Source of the DNA: Moorena sp. SIO3A2
GTDB lineage: Bacteria > Cyanobacteriota > Cyanobacteriia > Cyanobacteriales > Coleofasciculaceae
DNA length: 54,642 nucleotides
Direction: 5' to 3'
Assembly (NCBI RefSeq): GCF_010672265.1
Contig: NZ_JAAHHC010000004.1
Coordinates: 70,161-124,802 of the forward strand
The position numbers and the translations under genes are program-made. Below are positions 20,948 to 29,921 of this stretch, piece after piece. The notes under the pieces are model-generated. The model did no database searches. It worked only from the letters and a program-made list of their open reading frames with translations, and had not been told where the DNA came from. Numbering within the stretch: the first letter of the stretch is position 1; every line of letters starts with the position of its first letter.

Positions 20948-21502
20948 ATGTCTACAACTCAGGGTCTACTACGCTCCTTTGGTGAAATTGCTGACAATCC
21001 AATTTTGCTGGAAAAAAACGTTACTACCCCAGTTTGTGAAGGATTAAACATAGCTTTAGCCAGCTTCCAAGGGTTGTATCTGCAATATCAAAAACACCAC
21101 TTTGTTGTGGAAGGATCAGAATTTTACTCCTTGCATAAGTTCTTTGAAGAAAGCTACGAGGATGCTCAAGACCATGTCCATGACTTAGGAGAGCGTTTGA
21201 ATGGACTAGGAGGAATTCCAGCTACTAGTTTTGCCAAATTAGCTGAATTGTGCTGCTTCACTCCTGAATCTGATGGAGTTTACAACTCTCGCCAGATGGT
21301 AGAGCATGACTTAGCAGCTGAGCAGTCAATCATTCAGTTAGTACGCAGTCAAGCCGCTCAAGCAGAAAGCCTGGGCGATCGAGCCACCCGCTATCTCTAT
21401 GAGAAAATCTTGCTCAAGACTGAAGAGCGAGCTTATCACTTGAGTCATTTCCTGGCTCCGGACAGCCTAGTAATGGGATTTATTGGCAATGGAGCAAACT
21501 AA
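20948..21502 (+). CDS. dps: Dps (DNA-binding ferritin-like protein), 184 aa
   Basis: ferritin-like di-iron ligands …HHF.VEG..F..LH..FEE.YED..DHVHDL.ER…. Confidence 0.8.
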   Translation: MSTTQGLLRSFGEIADNPILLEKNVTTPVCEGLNIALASFQGLYLQYQKHHFVVEGSEFYSLHKFFEESYEDAQDHVHDLGERLNGLGGIPATSFAKLAELCCFTPESDGVYNSRQMVEHDLAAEQSIIQLVRSQAAQAESLGDRATRYLYEKILLKTEERAYHLSHFLAPDSLVMGFIGNGAN

Positions 21503-21543
21503 ACCTACTTAAACTGAGATCTTGCACCATTGTCATGAATCGT

Positions 21544-21880
21544 AGAATCCTAGGGTGGGCAGTGCCTACCAACCCCCTTGGCAAGCTTCATTATCTGTCT
21601 GATGCACTGCCCACCCTACATCAACTTAAACCTACTTTCCCCATTGGCTACTGCATCAAGAATCCTAGGGTGGGCAGTGCCTACCAACCCCCTTGGCAAG
21701 CTTCATTATCTGTCTGATGCACTGCCCACCCTACATCAACTTAAACCTACCTTCCCCATTGGCTACTGCATCAAGAATCCTAGGGTGGGCAGTGCCTACC
21801 AACCCCCTTGGCAAGCTTCATTATCTGTCTGATGCACTGCCCACCCTACATCAACTTAAACCTACTTTCTGACTCGCCCT
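21544..21880. repeat. about 2.7 tandem copies of a ~121-bp unit, each containing a 13-bp inverted repeat GGGTGGGCAGTGC…GCACTGCCCACCC
   Basis: visible; ORF-track ORFs 21535-21832 are artefacts of it. Confidence 0.9.
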
Positions 21881-21892
21881 TTGCATCAAGAA

Positions 21893-21925
21893 AGAAAAAA
21901 TTTGAGGGTTGACCCTCAACCCTCA
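21893..21925 (-). terminator. intrinsic terminator of tRNA-Ser (minus-strand reading: TTGAGGGTCAACCCTCAA + ATTTTTTC)
   Basis: 8-bp stem palindrome followed by T-run on the tRNA strand. Confidence 0.55.
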
Positions 21926-21958
21926 AGTCTCAACTTTGAACAAATATAATCTATAAAA

Positions 21959-22044
21959 CGGAGAGGGGGAGATTCGAACTCCCGGAGCCTTTCGGCTCGC
22001 TCGATTTCAAGTCGAGTGCAATCGACCACTCTGCCACCTCTCCT
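21959..22044 (-). tRNA. tRNA-Ser (anticodon UGA), class II with long variable arm
   Basis: reverse complement GGAGAGGTGGCAGAGTGG…CTCGACTTGAAATCGAG…GGAGTTCGAATCTCCCCCTCTCCG; 7-bp acceptor stem, TGA in anticodon loop, T-arm GGAGTTCGAATCTCC. Confidence 0.85.
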
Positions 22045-22099
22045 GGCAAATCTATATTAACAATCCGTGGGCTCGGATGGCGACCATCTATACAAAGTT

Positions 22100-23017
22100 T
22101 TATACCACCAACGCTTCAGAAGTCTCGTAAAGCAATTCTTTAGATACTACTGAGTAATCCTTACCCACCCAGACCAGGGAGACTTGATCCACTATACCGC
22201 CTTTGAGAGACACTATCGAAAAATTCCGCAATCGGTCTGTATCAGTTTCGATAATTCGAGGCACACTGGCTGCATTTAAGTATACAGTCCCTTCCGGACT
22301 AGTAACAATCATTGTTCGTAGTCGGTCTTTGGTGTGCTTTAGGATGTGGTGCATATGACCAAAGGTGACTAAGGGAATGTTTTTACCCAAGGAATAGGTT
22401 TTTGCGATCGCATCTTCCAAATCCGGGTCCCCATGATCACCACCAGCAGGATACCAGTCTTTCCCACAGGGAGCTTCTGCTTGATCACCTAGTCCCGTCG
22501 GACCATTATGACCGATCAAGATTACCGTTTCGTAAGCCGCACTACGCACTGCTGCTAAAATGCGCTCCACTGATTCAGAAAAGCTATTAATCCCATACTG
22601 TTCCCTGTAAAACTTCTTATTCCGCCAACTCTGCCCGCCCCAACTGTAAGGGCGAGCACCAACTACAGAGAGATTTAAATCTGGGAAGTCAAGGTAACCA
22701 TAACCCACATGGGTTGACCCCAGTAGGTTCAACTGTTGCTGTACCCTATCTTCTACTTCATGGTCATAAGGACACTTTTTCCTTCCCCATTCCGAGGCAG
22801 TATACCAAGCATCATGGTTTCCCATAATCACTGCCTTGGGTAGGTCAATAGCAGCAATCATCTGGACTATATCCACCGCCTCATTGCCGAAATCCCCGAC
22901 AAATAAGACCAGATCCACACCCAACTGCTCAAGAGCTATAGCATCTTCCGCTTCCCACAGTTGATGAATGTCTCCAACAACAGAAATTTGGATTGATTGT
23001 TTTTGATGAATGGTCAT
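22100..23017 (-). CDS. calcineurin-like metallophosphoesterase; start moved to internal MTIHQ… (the longer ORF to 23107 adds an implausible leader)
   Basis: GDIHQ, GDFGNE, GNHD, GHNGP, GHMHH phosphoesterase motifs. Confidence 0.75.
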   Translation of the reverse strand: MTIHQKQSIQISVVGDIHQLWEAEDAIALEQLGVDLVLFVGDFGNEAVDIVQMIAAIDLPKAVIMGNHDAWYTASEWGRKKCPYDHEVEDRVQQQLNLLGSTHVGYGYLDFPDLNLSVVGARPYSWGGQSWRNKKFYREQYGINSFSESVERILAAVRSAAYETVILIGHNGPTGLGDQAEAPCGKDWYPAGGDHGDPDLEDAIAKTYSLGKNIPLVTFGHMHHILKHTKDRLRTMIVTSPEGTVYLNAASVPRIIETDTDRLRNFSIVSLKGGIVDQVSLVWVGKDYSVVSKELLYETSEALVV

Positions 23018-23512
23018 ACTTGTCTTACTATCGCCCCTTTTCCAGCATAAAGGCAAAAGGGCCAACAGTAAGTAATATGAAATCCAAAAAAGAATACTAC
23101 ATATCACCCTATTATCCCATTATCCCATTATTCCATTATTCCATCACCCCTTTGCACAGAGCTTGTTTATGAGCATCCGGATCGAGCAGCTGATGGCTGA
23201 AGAATAGATTAAGTGTAACTTTCCTTGAGGAGTGTCTAACGGTACTGAGGTATTCGTGATGGCTGATCTGAAACTATTGGCAAATTCTACCGTCTCTACT
23301 CTCTGTCCCCCCTTAGGGCTGTTTAATCTGCTCAATAGTATCTAGTCTAATGGGCAGATAGGGGAAATAGCTCAGATCACGGAGATCAGAAATACTTTAT
23401 TCTTCCATTGTTCCATTCTTCGCCACCTTCGGCCTATTCCTCTCCTTGCTGTGAAGCACCATGAATAACACTTTCACAGGAAACATCAACGTAAGCGGTT
23501 AGTAAGAAGCGT

Positions 23513-25396
23513 ATGTCTAGACTAGCGTTTAGCCCAGGGGCAGGACCAGAACAGTTAATCAATGGACGTTATCAAGTTATTGACATCCTTAACCGTGTGA
23601 GCTGGGGTCAAACTTATATTGCGGTAGACACTTACCGACCGGGAAATCCCCAATGTATTGTTAGACAATTCCGTCCTGTTAGTGATGACCCTGACTGCTG
23701 GCAAGCTGCAAAAGATATATTTCGTCGTGAAACTAAAATTTTGGAGATTATCTGTCAGCATGACCAAGTTGCCCAAATTTTAGATTGCCTAGAAATTGAC
23801 CATAGCTTCTACATAGTTCAAGATTTCATCCCTGGACGACCCCTGAGTGAGGAACTCAATCAACCTTGGAGTGAAAGCAGATTGATTACTCTGCTACAAG
23901 AGGTTTTAGAAATTTTGGCATTTGTCCATCGCCAAGGGGTGATTCATGGTGATATCAAGCCAGACAATCTGATCCGACGATCAGACGATAGCAAGTTAGT
24001 TTTAACTGACTTTAGCGGTATTAAGCAGGTGCGGACACCATTAGTTGGTGTTCAATTTAGTGCCATAGCGGCTTTGGGCGCATTCGGGTATATACCAACA
24101 GAGCAGGTTCTGGGTAAACCTCGTCCCTGTAGTGACCTATATGCTGTAGGGATGATTGGCATTGAGGCACTCACAGGACTCAAACCCATACAGCTAGAAG
24201 AAGACCCATTAACCGGAGAAGCCCTTTGGCAGGACTACGCCACAGTCACTAAAGATTTCGCTGCCATTATTCAGCAGATGGTGCGCTATTACTTCAAAGA
24301 CCGTTACCAGTCTGCTGATCAGGTTTTGGAGGCACTCCATTCCTTAACTAGTTCTAAACCATCTATAAACTTACCAATGTCCCCAGCACCACCAACATCC
24401 CCAAACCCCTACAAAGAAAAAACTGACGATACTCTGCTTGAGCCAATTGAACCAGAGACTCTTCAAACCGAGGAAACAGAGGAAACAGAGGAAACAGAGG
24501 AAACAGAGGAAACTTATTTTCCCTCTGTGCCTACTATTCCTAAAAGAAGGGCTAGTGGACTTAATCTCACCGCAATCGGAGTTTCCACATATCTAGCCTT
24601 ATTAGTCGTAGCTGGAGGCTACTTTTTACTCAAGACTCCCAACCAGGCAGAAACTAAGCTAGCACAGGCTGAGCAAAAGTACCAGGAAGGAGATTTAGAA
24701 GCAGCACTGAACCTGGTAAAATCGATTCCGGAAGATAGTGAAGACTATCAGGATGCTCAAAATGCGATCGCTCAGTGGCAAAAGGATTGGAAAGATGCCA
24801 AAGCCCTATTCCCCCTCATCAAAACCGCCTTTGACCAACAGAAGTGGCTAGAGGTAGTTGAGCAGGCTAGTCAGATTCCTAATATTGTCTTCTGGCAACA
24901 GCAAATAGAACCTATGGTCAGCCAAGCTCAAGCCAATCTTGAGAAGGAAGCTTACCAGTTACTAGAGCAAGCTTACAACCAGGCTATCGAGAGAGACTTT
25001 ACTGGTGCACTCAACACATTTAAACAAATCCCAAAGGGAACAAAAGCCTACGCTACAATTCAAGAAAAAGTTCCTGAGTACACTCAAAAGCGAAACATCA
25101 AAGCGAACTTTCTTCTTCAGCAGGCTTACAATCGAGCCGCTCAGCAAGACTTTACCGGTGCATTGGTATATTTGAAAAAAATTCCTAAACATACCGATGC
25201 CTATGCTAAGGCTCAGTCAAAAATTGTTGACTATACCGCTAAGCAAGAAATTAGGGCTAACTATCTATTAAAGATGGCTGATAATCAAGCTGTTTTGAAC
25301 AACTACACTAAGGCTTTGGATTATTTGAGACAAATTCCTGAAGGTACCTCCGCCTATGCCAGAGCTCAAGCCAAAATTCAGCAATATACTCGATAA
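23513..25396 (+). CDS. Ser/Thr protein kinase (Hanks-type) with acidic ETEETEE linker, one TM segment and three ~45-aa C-terminal repeats
   Basis: HRQGVIHGDIKPDNLI catalytic loop, DFS (DFG variant), GYIPTEQ activation segment; GAGGAAACA x4 DNA repeat at 24470-24510. Confidence 0.85.
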   Translation: MSRLAFSPGAGPEQLINGRYQVIDILNRVSWGQTYIAVDTYRPGNPQCIVRQFRPVSDDPDCWQAAKDIFRRETKILEIICQHDQVAQILDCLEIDHSFYIVQDFIPGRPLSEELNQPWSESRLITLLQEVLEILAFVHRQGVIHGDIKPDNLIRRSDDSKLVLTDFSGIKQVRTPLVGVQFSAIAALGAFGYIPTEQVLGKPRPCSDLYAVGMIGIEALTGLKPIQLEEDPLTGEALWQDYATVTKDFAAIIQQMVRYYFKDRYQSADQVLEALHSLTSSKPSINLPMSPAPPTSPNPYKEKTDDTLLEPIEPETLQTEETEETEETEETEETYFPSVPTIPKRRASGLNLTAIGVSTYLALLVVAGGYFLLKTPNQAETKLAQAEQKYQEGDLEAALNLVKSIPEDSEDYQDAQNAIAQWQKDWKDAKALFPLIKTAFDQQKWLEVVEQASQIPNIVFWQQQIEPMVSQAQANLEKEAYQLLEQAYNQAIERDFTGALNTFKQIPKGTKAYATIQEKVPEYTQKRNIKANFLLQQAYNRAAQQDFTGALVYLKKIPKHTDAYAKAQSKIVDYTAKQEIRANYLLKMADNQAVLNNYTKALDYLRQIPEGTSAYARAQAKIQQYTR

Positions 25397-25501
25397 GCTG
25401 TTGTGCCTTTCAACTGTCTATTATTGAAATCAAATAAAGAAGATATATCCCAGTGTCCTTTTGCCTTAAGCTATCAGCTAATAGCTGATAGCTTACCTGT
25501 T

Positions 25502-25828
25502 TTACCCTACAGTAGTTAATTGATATTTTCTACTAGCCACTAACCTGTTGCGGCGATTCATTCCTACTTCTATCATAGCAGGCCTTTCTCTGTTCACTAC
25601 TTCGGTAAATTTGCCGGAATTAGCCATAACTTGTCTACCTGGTGCGTAAGCTTCAATCACATTACCGCTCACAGCACACATCACCATTAAATAGTCACAA
25701 ACTGGGCATTCAGTTTTGGTGACCTGATCTCCAGCACAAGCATAATGTGATGCTTGAGAACCGATTAAGTAGTGACGTTGAGCCATATTCCCACAGTTTG
25801 GACATCGCACTGATTGAGTTGTCTCCAT
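25502..25828 (-). CDS. hypothetical zinc-ribbon protein, 108 aa (CPNC…CPVC)
   Basis: two CxxC pairs; no family assignment. Confidence 0.4.
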   Translation of the reverse strand: METTQSVRCPNCGNMAQRHYLIGSQASHYACAGDQVTKTECPVCDYLMVMCAVSGNVIEAYAPGRQVMANSGKFTEVVNRERPAMIEVGMNRRNRLVASRKYQLTTVG

Positions 25829-25923
25829 TGCCGATTCTCCTCATTTACATGTCATTGCTTGAAGGAAATAAGTCAGAATTTAACTCATAATTCAGAAAGT
25901 TTTTTAAATTTTTCTGTTTTTAA

Positions 25924-26250
25924 TTAACCCTGAAGTTGCTTTTCAAGGGCGGCAGTAAATTTTTCATAGGGAACAACTCCTACAATATTTTCTACCACCT
26001 CACCGCCCTTAAAAATCAGCACAGCAGGAATACTGCGTATCCTGTATTTTTTGGCAGTAGCTTTGTCGGCATCAATATCGATTTTTACGACCTGAACGCG
26101 ATCTTTGTAGTCTTCAGCAAGTTGTTCCATGAAAGGACTAATCTTACGACATGGACCACACCAAGGGGCTGTAAAATCCACGACTACTGGCCCTTCATAG
26201 GTTAAAATTGAATCAAATTCACTGTCTTTGATGTAAGGCACTGTACTCAT
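25924..26250 (-). CDS. trxA: thioredoxin
   Basis: WCGPC active site, 108 aa. Confidence 0.9.
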   Translation of the reverse strand: MSTVPYIKDSEFDSILTYEGPVVVDFTAPWCGPCRKISPFMEQLAEDYKDRVQVVKIDIDADKATAKKYRIRSIPAVLIFKGGEVVENIVGVVPYEKFTAALEKQLQG

Positions 26251-26448
26251 GATATACTCCTTAAATTTTTGAAAACTACCACAAACTTATAGTCAAGGAT
26301 CAACGGTCAATGATCAACATAGTTACCACTTTTATCTTCCCTTAAAAAGAGGGGCGGTTAATCGGTTTGAATAGCTGTAATAACCAGGATGGCTAAGGCT
26401 ATAGTTTGGTTTACCATAGTTGTATGAAGTTGCTTGATGCATTAAGTT

Positions 26449-26814
26449 ATGGCTGCTGAGGAATTAGAAAGGGATAGCCTGATCGAAAGGCTAAACCAAG
26501 GTAGACAAGCGAAGGCAACTATGGGTGGCTATGCAGGTTATGGTTCACCGGCCTTCGGTCAACGGGCCCTAAATGGTGAGTTGGTGGATGATCCCCAAGA
26601 ACAGCATGTAATTGAGTTAATTCGCCGTCACCATAAATCGGGTAAGTCATTACAACAAATCGCTAACTGGCTCAATCAGCATGGCTATACAACCAAGCGT
26701 GGTCAGCAGTGGAAACGGATCTCGGTTAAGCGGGTTTTAGACCGGCTATACGGTAGAACCCCTAGGGTGTCTAGTTTGCCTCAAAACCCCAGTCAAGGAA
26801 ACTTAAAAGAGTAA
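26449..26814 (+). pseudogene. remnant of a (large) serine recombinase: recombinase-domain fragment only, catalytic resolvase domain absent
   Basis: …GGYAGYGSP.FGQRALNGELVDDPQEQHVIELIRRHHKSGKSLQQIANWLNQHGYTTKRGQQWKRISVKRVLDRL… matches the PF07508-type recombinase region; no upstream S-x-Q catalytic domain in any frame. Confidence 0.55.
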
Positions 26815-26867
26815 GCTCCAAGCTGGTAAAGTAGTTAGAACACCTTCAACACAAAGTTAGATAAGCC

Positions 26868-26940
26868 AGAGAACCTGATCGGACAATTCCATCGGACAAT
26901 TCCATCGGACAATTCCATCGGACAATCCCATCGGACAATT
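26868..26940. repeat. 13-bp tandem repeat CATCGGACAATTC x5
   Basis: visible. Confidence 0.9.
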
Positions 26941-27195
26941 GCCAAGCTAGGTCAGCAATGCCTAATTATTTGCCCCTAAGCCCACATGGTTAAAGTCCCA
27001 GGTAACCTGGCAACCTCTGAAAGCCAAAAGCTATGTCATATAAGGGTTAAAGATGATTTTGCTGTAACATCTATTTATTATAGACCTTTATACAAGTTAT
27101 GTGCATATTATTTCTATATTTGCGGGATTTTTCCGTAACATCCCTCTAAAAAAACCCAGGCTCAGTAAATACACCAGCGCCATAGTTTTAAGCGG

Positions 27196-28635
27196 TTGGC
27201 GGCGGTCGTAGGTCATGGAAGTTCACCCATCAAATTAACTATGCAACTTAACGATCGACTTATCTGCGCCCCAACCCTAGAAGAAGCAATTGACCATCAG
27301 CCTTTGATCGTTGCTCCTGACACCCTTCTAATCGACATAATTGCTTTGATGAGTCAGGAGCGAGGCAAAAGTTGTTCATTGCCCAATTTCCACTCACCAT
27401 CAGACCAGCTCAGCATTCGTGAGCCACGGTCTAGCTGCGTTTTGGTAATGGACTCAGACCAGTTGCTGGGAATCTTTACTGAGCGCGATATTGTCCGGCT
27501 GACGGCTAATGGCATTAACTTTCAAGAGGTAACAGTAGCTGAGGTCATGGCACAGCCGGTGATTACGTTTCCTCAAACTGCTTGTCGGGATATCTTTGCC
27601 GCCTTATTTATATTTCGTCGGTTTCGGATTCGCCACTTACCAATTGTGGATGATCATGGTCAGCTAGTGGGTGTTGTCTCACCAGAGCGAATTCGCCAGG
27701 TATTGCGACCAGCCAATCTGCTCAAGTTACGGCGGGTATCAGAAGTGATGACCCCCCAGGTGGTTAATGCCCTTCCAACTGTCTCAGTATTGAGTTTAGC
27801 CCGACTCATGAATAAGCACCGAGTTAGTTGTGTGGTCATTACCTCCGACCATGGAGAGGATAACTGTATGCCAGTGGGGATTGTCACAGAGCGGGATATT
27901 GTCCAATTTCAGTCTCTGAAGCTGAATTTGTCTAAAGTCCAGGCTCAGGATGTGATGAGTACACCTCTATTTCTGCTGAGTCCTGAGGATTCTCTATGGA
28001 CAGCTCATCAGGAAATGCAAAAGCGTCGTGTGCGGCGATTGGTGGTGTCTTGGAATTGGGGTAAAGAAATTGGTATTGTCACCCAAACAACCCTGCTGCG
28101 AGTGTTTGACCCAATGGAAATGTATGGGATTGTGGAGACATTGCAGCAAACCGTTGAGCAATTAGACCCAGCCAAAGAATCCGTGAACAAATCCCACAAA
28201 GCCATTCCCCCTGGTGAAGAATCTGGGGAGGTGGCAGAAAATGCGATCGCTTTATCAGGAGATAGGTTTAATCATAAATCAGAGCCACCCAACACAGACC
28301 AAAACACAGACCAAAACAGAGAACTAACAGTGATTTTGTCACAACCCATAGAGGGTCAAGCATTAAATACTTCCCAACAGTGTGAGGCTTTCAAATACCC
28401 CAAAAGTAAATTGGGTACCACTCAAGATTATCAACTGTGTATCCTGCTCAACACTATTCAAGCTATTCTAGAAAACCTAGCTGACCACTCTACCCTATCA
28501 TCAGAATTACGTCAAAGCCAGCTTAAGTCAGCCTTAGATAATGTTGATCAAATGCGAGAGCTAATACAGAAAGCCCAAAACCAGTCTTGTCGGGATCAGG
28601 TCGTGGTAGATCAGGTAGGTACTTCTAGCAGTTAA
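27196..28635 (+). CDS. CBS-domain protein (two CBS pairs) with unstructured C-terminal region, 479 aa
   Basis: four CBS-like segments (…IFTERDIVRL…, …VGVVSPERIRQV…, …GIVTERDIVQF…, …GIVTQTTLLRV…). Confidence 0.7.
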   Translation: MAAVVGHGSSPIKLTMQLNDRLICAPTLEEAIDHQPLIVAPDTLLIDIIALMSQERGKSCSLPNFHSPSDQLSIREPRSSCVLVMDSDQLLGIFTERDIVRLTANGINFQEVTVAEVMAQPVITFPQTACRDIFAALFIFRRFRIRHLPIVDDHGQLVGVVSPERIRQVLRPANLLKLRRVSEVMTPQVVNALPTVSVLSLARLMNKHRVSCVVITSDHGEDNCMPVGIVTERDIVQFQSLKLNLSKVQAQDVMSTPLFLLSPEDSLWTAHQEMQKRRVRRLVVSWNWGKEIGIVTQTTLLRVFDPMEMYGIVETLQQTVEQLDPAKESVNKSHKAIPPGEESGEVAENAIALSGDRFNHKSEPPNTDQNTDQNRELTVILSQPIEGQALNTSQQCEAFKYPKSKLGTTQDYQLCILLNTIQAILENLADHSTLSSELRQSQLKSALDNVDQMRELIQKAQNQSCRDQVVVDQVGTSSS

Positions 28636-28689
28636 GGTAATCCAGATTTAATGGGCATATTTGAAGGGGTCTCTTGGGGTGCATCTCAC

Positions 28690-28960
28690 TTTTGTAAATG
28701 TTCGTAGGGTGCCTTAGGGACGGGGTACCCCTTATGTTCTTGGTAGCCAGTGTTAGGAGAATCCGTCCCGGATGCTGTTGGTGAAATATTTCTTAACAAA
28801 CCAAGAAGCCCCCTCAGCCCTCACCCCCAGCCCCTCTCCCAACCTTGGGAGAGGGGAGCAGATTACGGCAGAATAAGGGTTTCACGAATTCGCCAGCAGC
28901 ATCCGTCCCGTAACGCACCACCTGCTCAAACGGCAAAAATGAGATGCACCCGTCTCTTGT
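28690..28960. repeat. copy of the 3498-3682 dispersed repeat family, interrupted by a MITE-like insertion
   Basis: GTAGGGTGCCTTAGGGACGGG…CCAGTGTTAGGAGAATCCGTCCCG[insert]ATCCGTCCCGTAACGCACCACCTGCTCAAA…GAGATGCACCC. Confidence 0.7.
28771..28900. mobile_element. 130-bp MITE-like insertion with ~11-bp terminal inverted repeats (GATGCTGTTGG / CCAGCAGCATC) and 9-10-bp target duplication (A)TCCGTCCCG; internal palindrome CCCTCTCCCAACCTTGGGAGAGGGG
   Basis: empty-site equivalent AAGTCCGTCCCGTAACGCAC present uninterrupted at 3643-3662. Confidence 0.6.
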
Positions 28961-28968
28961 AGGGTAGG

Positions 28969-29454
28969 TTAACGGTCAACAATAACTAATTGGAATTCCT
29001 TGAGTGCTGGTAAAAAGTTTTTGTTTTCATGACTAGGGCGCGTCAGTTTAATCAGGGCAAAACGTTGGATAGGAGTTAGTGCTGCCCACTGTTGAGGAGT
29101 TACTACGACTCCAAATTCCATAGCTTTTTCCGCCACGGTAGATGGAATTACCTGAGAATTCATCCAGGGAGCTTGGGGATCAACAGGTAAATTAGAAGCC
29201 GGTTTTCCTGTATAGTTTATAACTAGGTGTTGAACATAGTCTCCATACTTTTGGATTGACTCGGTCGTAGTGCAGGGTATCTCTACCAGTTGCTGACGCT
29301 CCTGTTGATTAAACTGATGCCAGTGGCTCAGTTTAAGTTTGATGCCGCAAGTGTCTAATTTCATCCGCACTTGTATAGGAATGCACCGTAAAGAATCCAC
29401 AAAATCCGTTTCAAATTGGAAAAAATTAGTCATAGTCTTCTCAATCTTATTCAT
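28969..29454 (-). CDS. conserved hypothetical protein, 161 aa (possibly nitrate-reductase-associated-protein-like family; low certainty)
   Basis: ORF with ATGA overlap to upstream gene; no motif I can name with confidence. Confidence 0.4.
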   Translation of the reverse strand: MNKIEKTMTNFFQFETDFVDSLRCIPIQVRMKLDTCGIKLKLSHWHQFNQQERQQLVEIPCTTTESIQKYGDYVQHLVINYTGKPASNLPVDPQAPWMNSQVIPSTVAEKAMEFGVVVTPQQWAALTPIQRFALIKLTRPSHENKNFLPALKEFQLVIVDR

Positions 29455-29921
29455 TAATGAAGTTTTCTTGTGCTAGTACTGCGGATAATCCAGTAACTAA
29501 TTGATAGAGATATAATGGCAATTGCTAATCCAATTACCTGGCTTCCAGAAGTTTTTTCCAGGTCAAGAATAATGATTTTACGGGCAACGGCAATTAAAGA
29601 CGTAACAACAACTAACTCAAGTTGAATAACATGTTTTCGCAGATAAGCGGTTATATTCTCTAAAATTTCTAGTGCAATGAGAATATTTAGAAACAGTCCA
29701 AATATTTTGAAAAGTGTTTTGCTCAAAACTATTGCTTCTGGATTGGTTATTTCTTTAACTAGTGAGATAACTAGGCTTCTAAGTGCAACCAATATTACCA
29801 CCACCATCACCAAAGAGAGAACTTTGGAAACAAAACCCTCGAACAGATTTAGCCCGTATAAAAAATTCTCATCTTTGCCTGCATTTCTAAGTTTTTGGAA
29901 GAGTTGTCTTAACCGCCTCAT
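29454..29921 (-). CDS. PsiE-like small membrane protein (4 TM), 155 aa
   Basis: four hydrophobic helices, size and N-terminal basic region like phosphate-starvation-inducible PsiE family. Confidence 0.4.
   Translation of the reverse strand: MRRLRQLFQKLRNAGKDENFLYGLNLFEGFVSKVLSLVMVVVILVALRSLVISLVKEITNPEAIVLSKTLFKIFGLFLNILIALEILENITAYLRKHVIQLELVVVTSLIAVARKIIILDLEKTSGSQVIGLAIAIISLSISYWIIRSTSTRKLH

Noticed and set aside
21535-21832. ORFs 21535-21717 and 21578-21832 from the ORF track
   Set aside because: They are translations of the 121-bp tandem repeat. The identical peptide segments simply repeat, and there is no RBS or coding signal.
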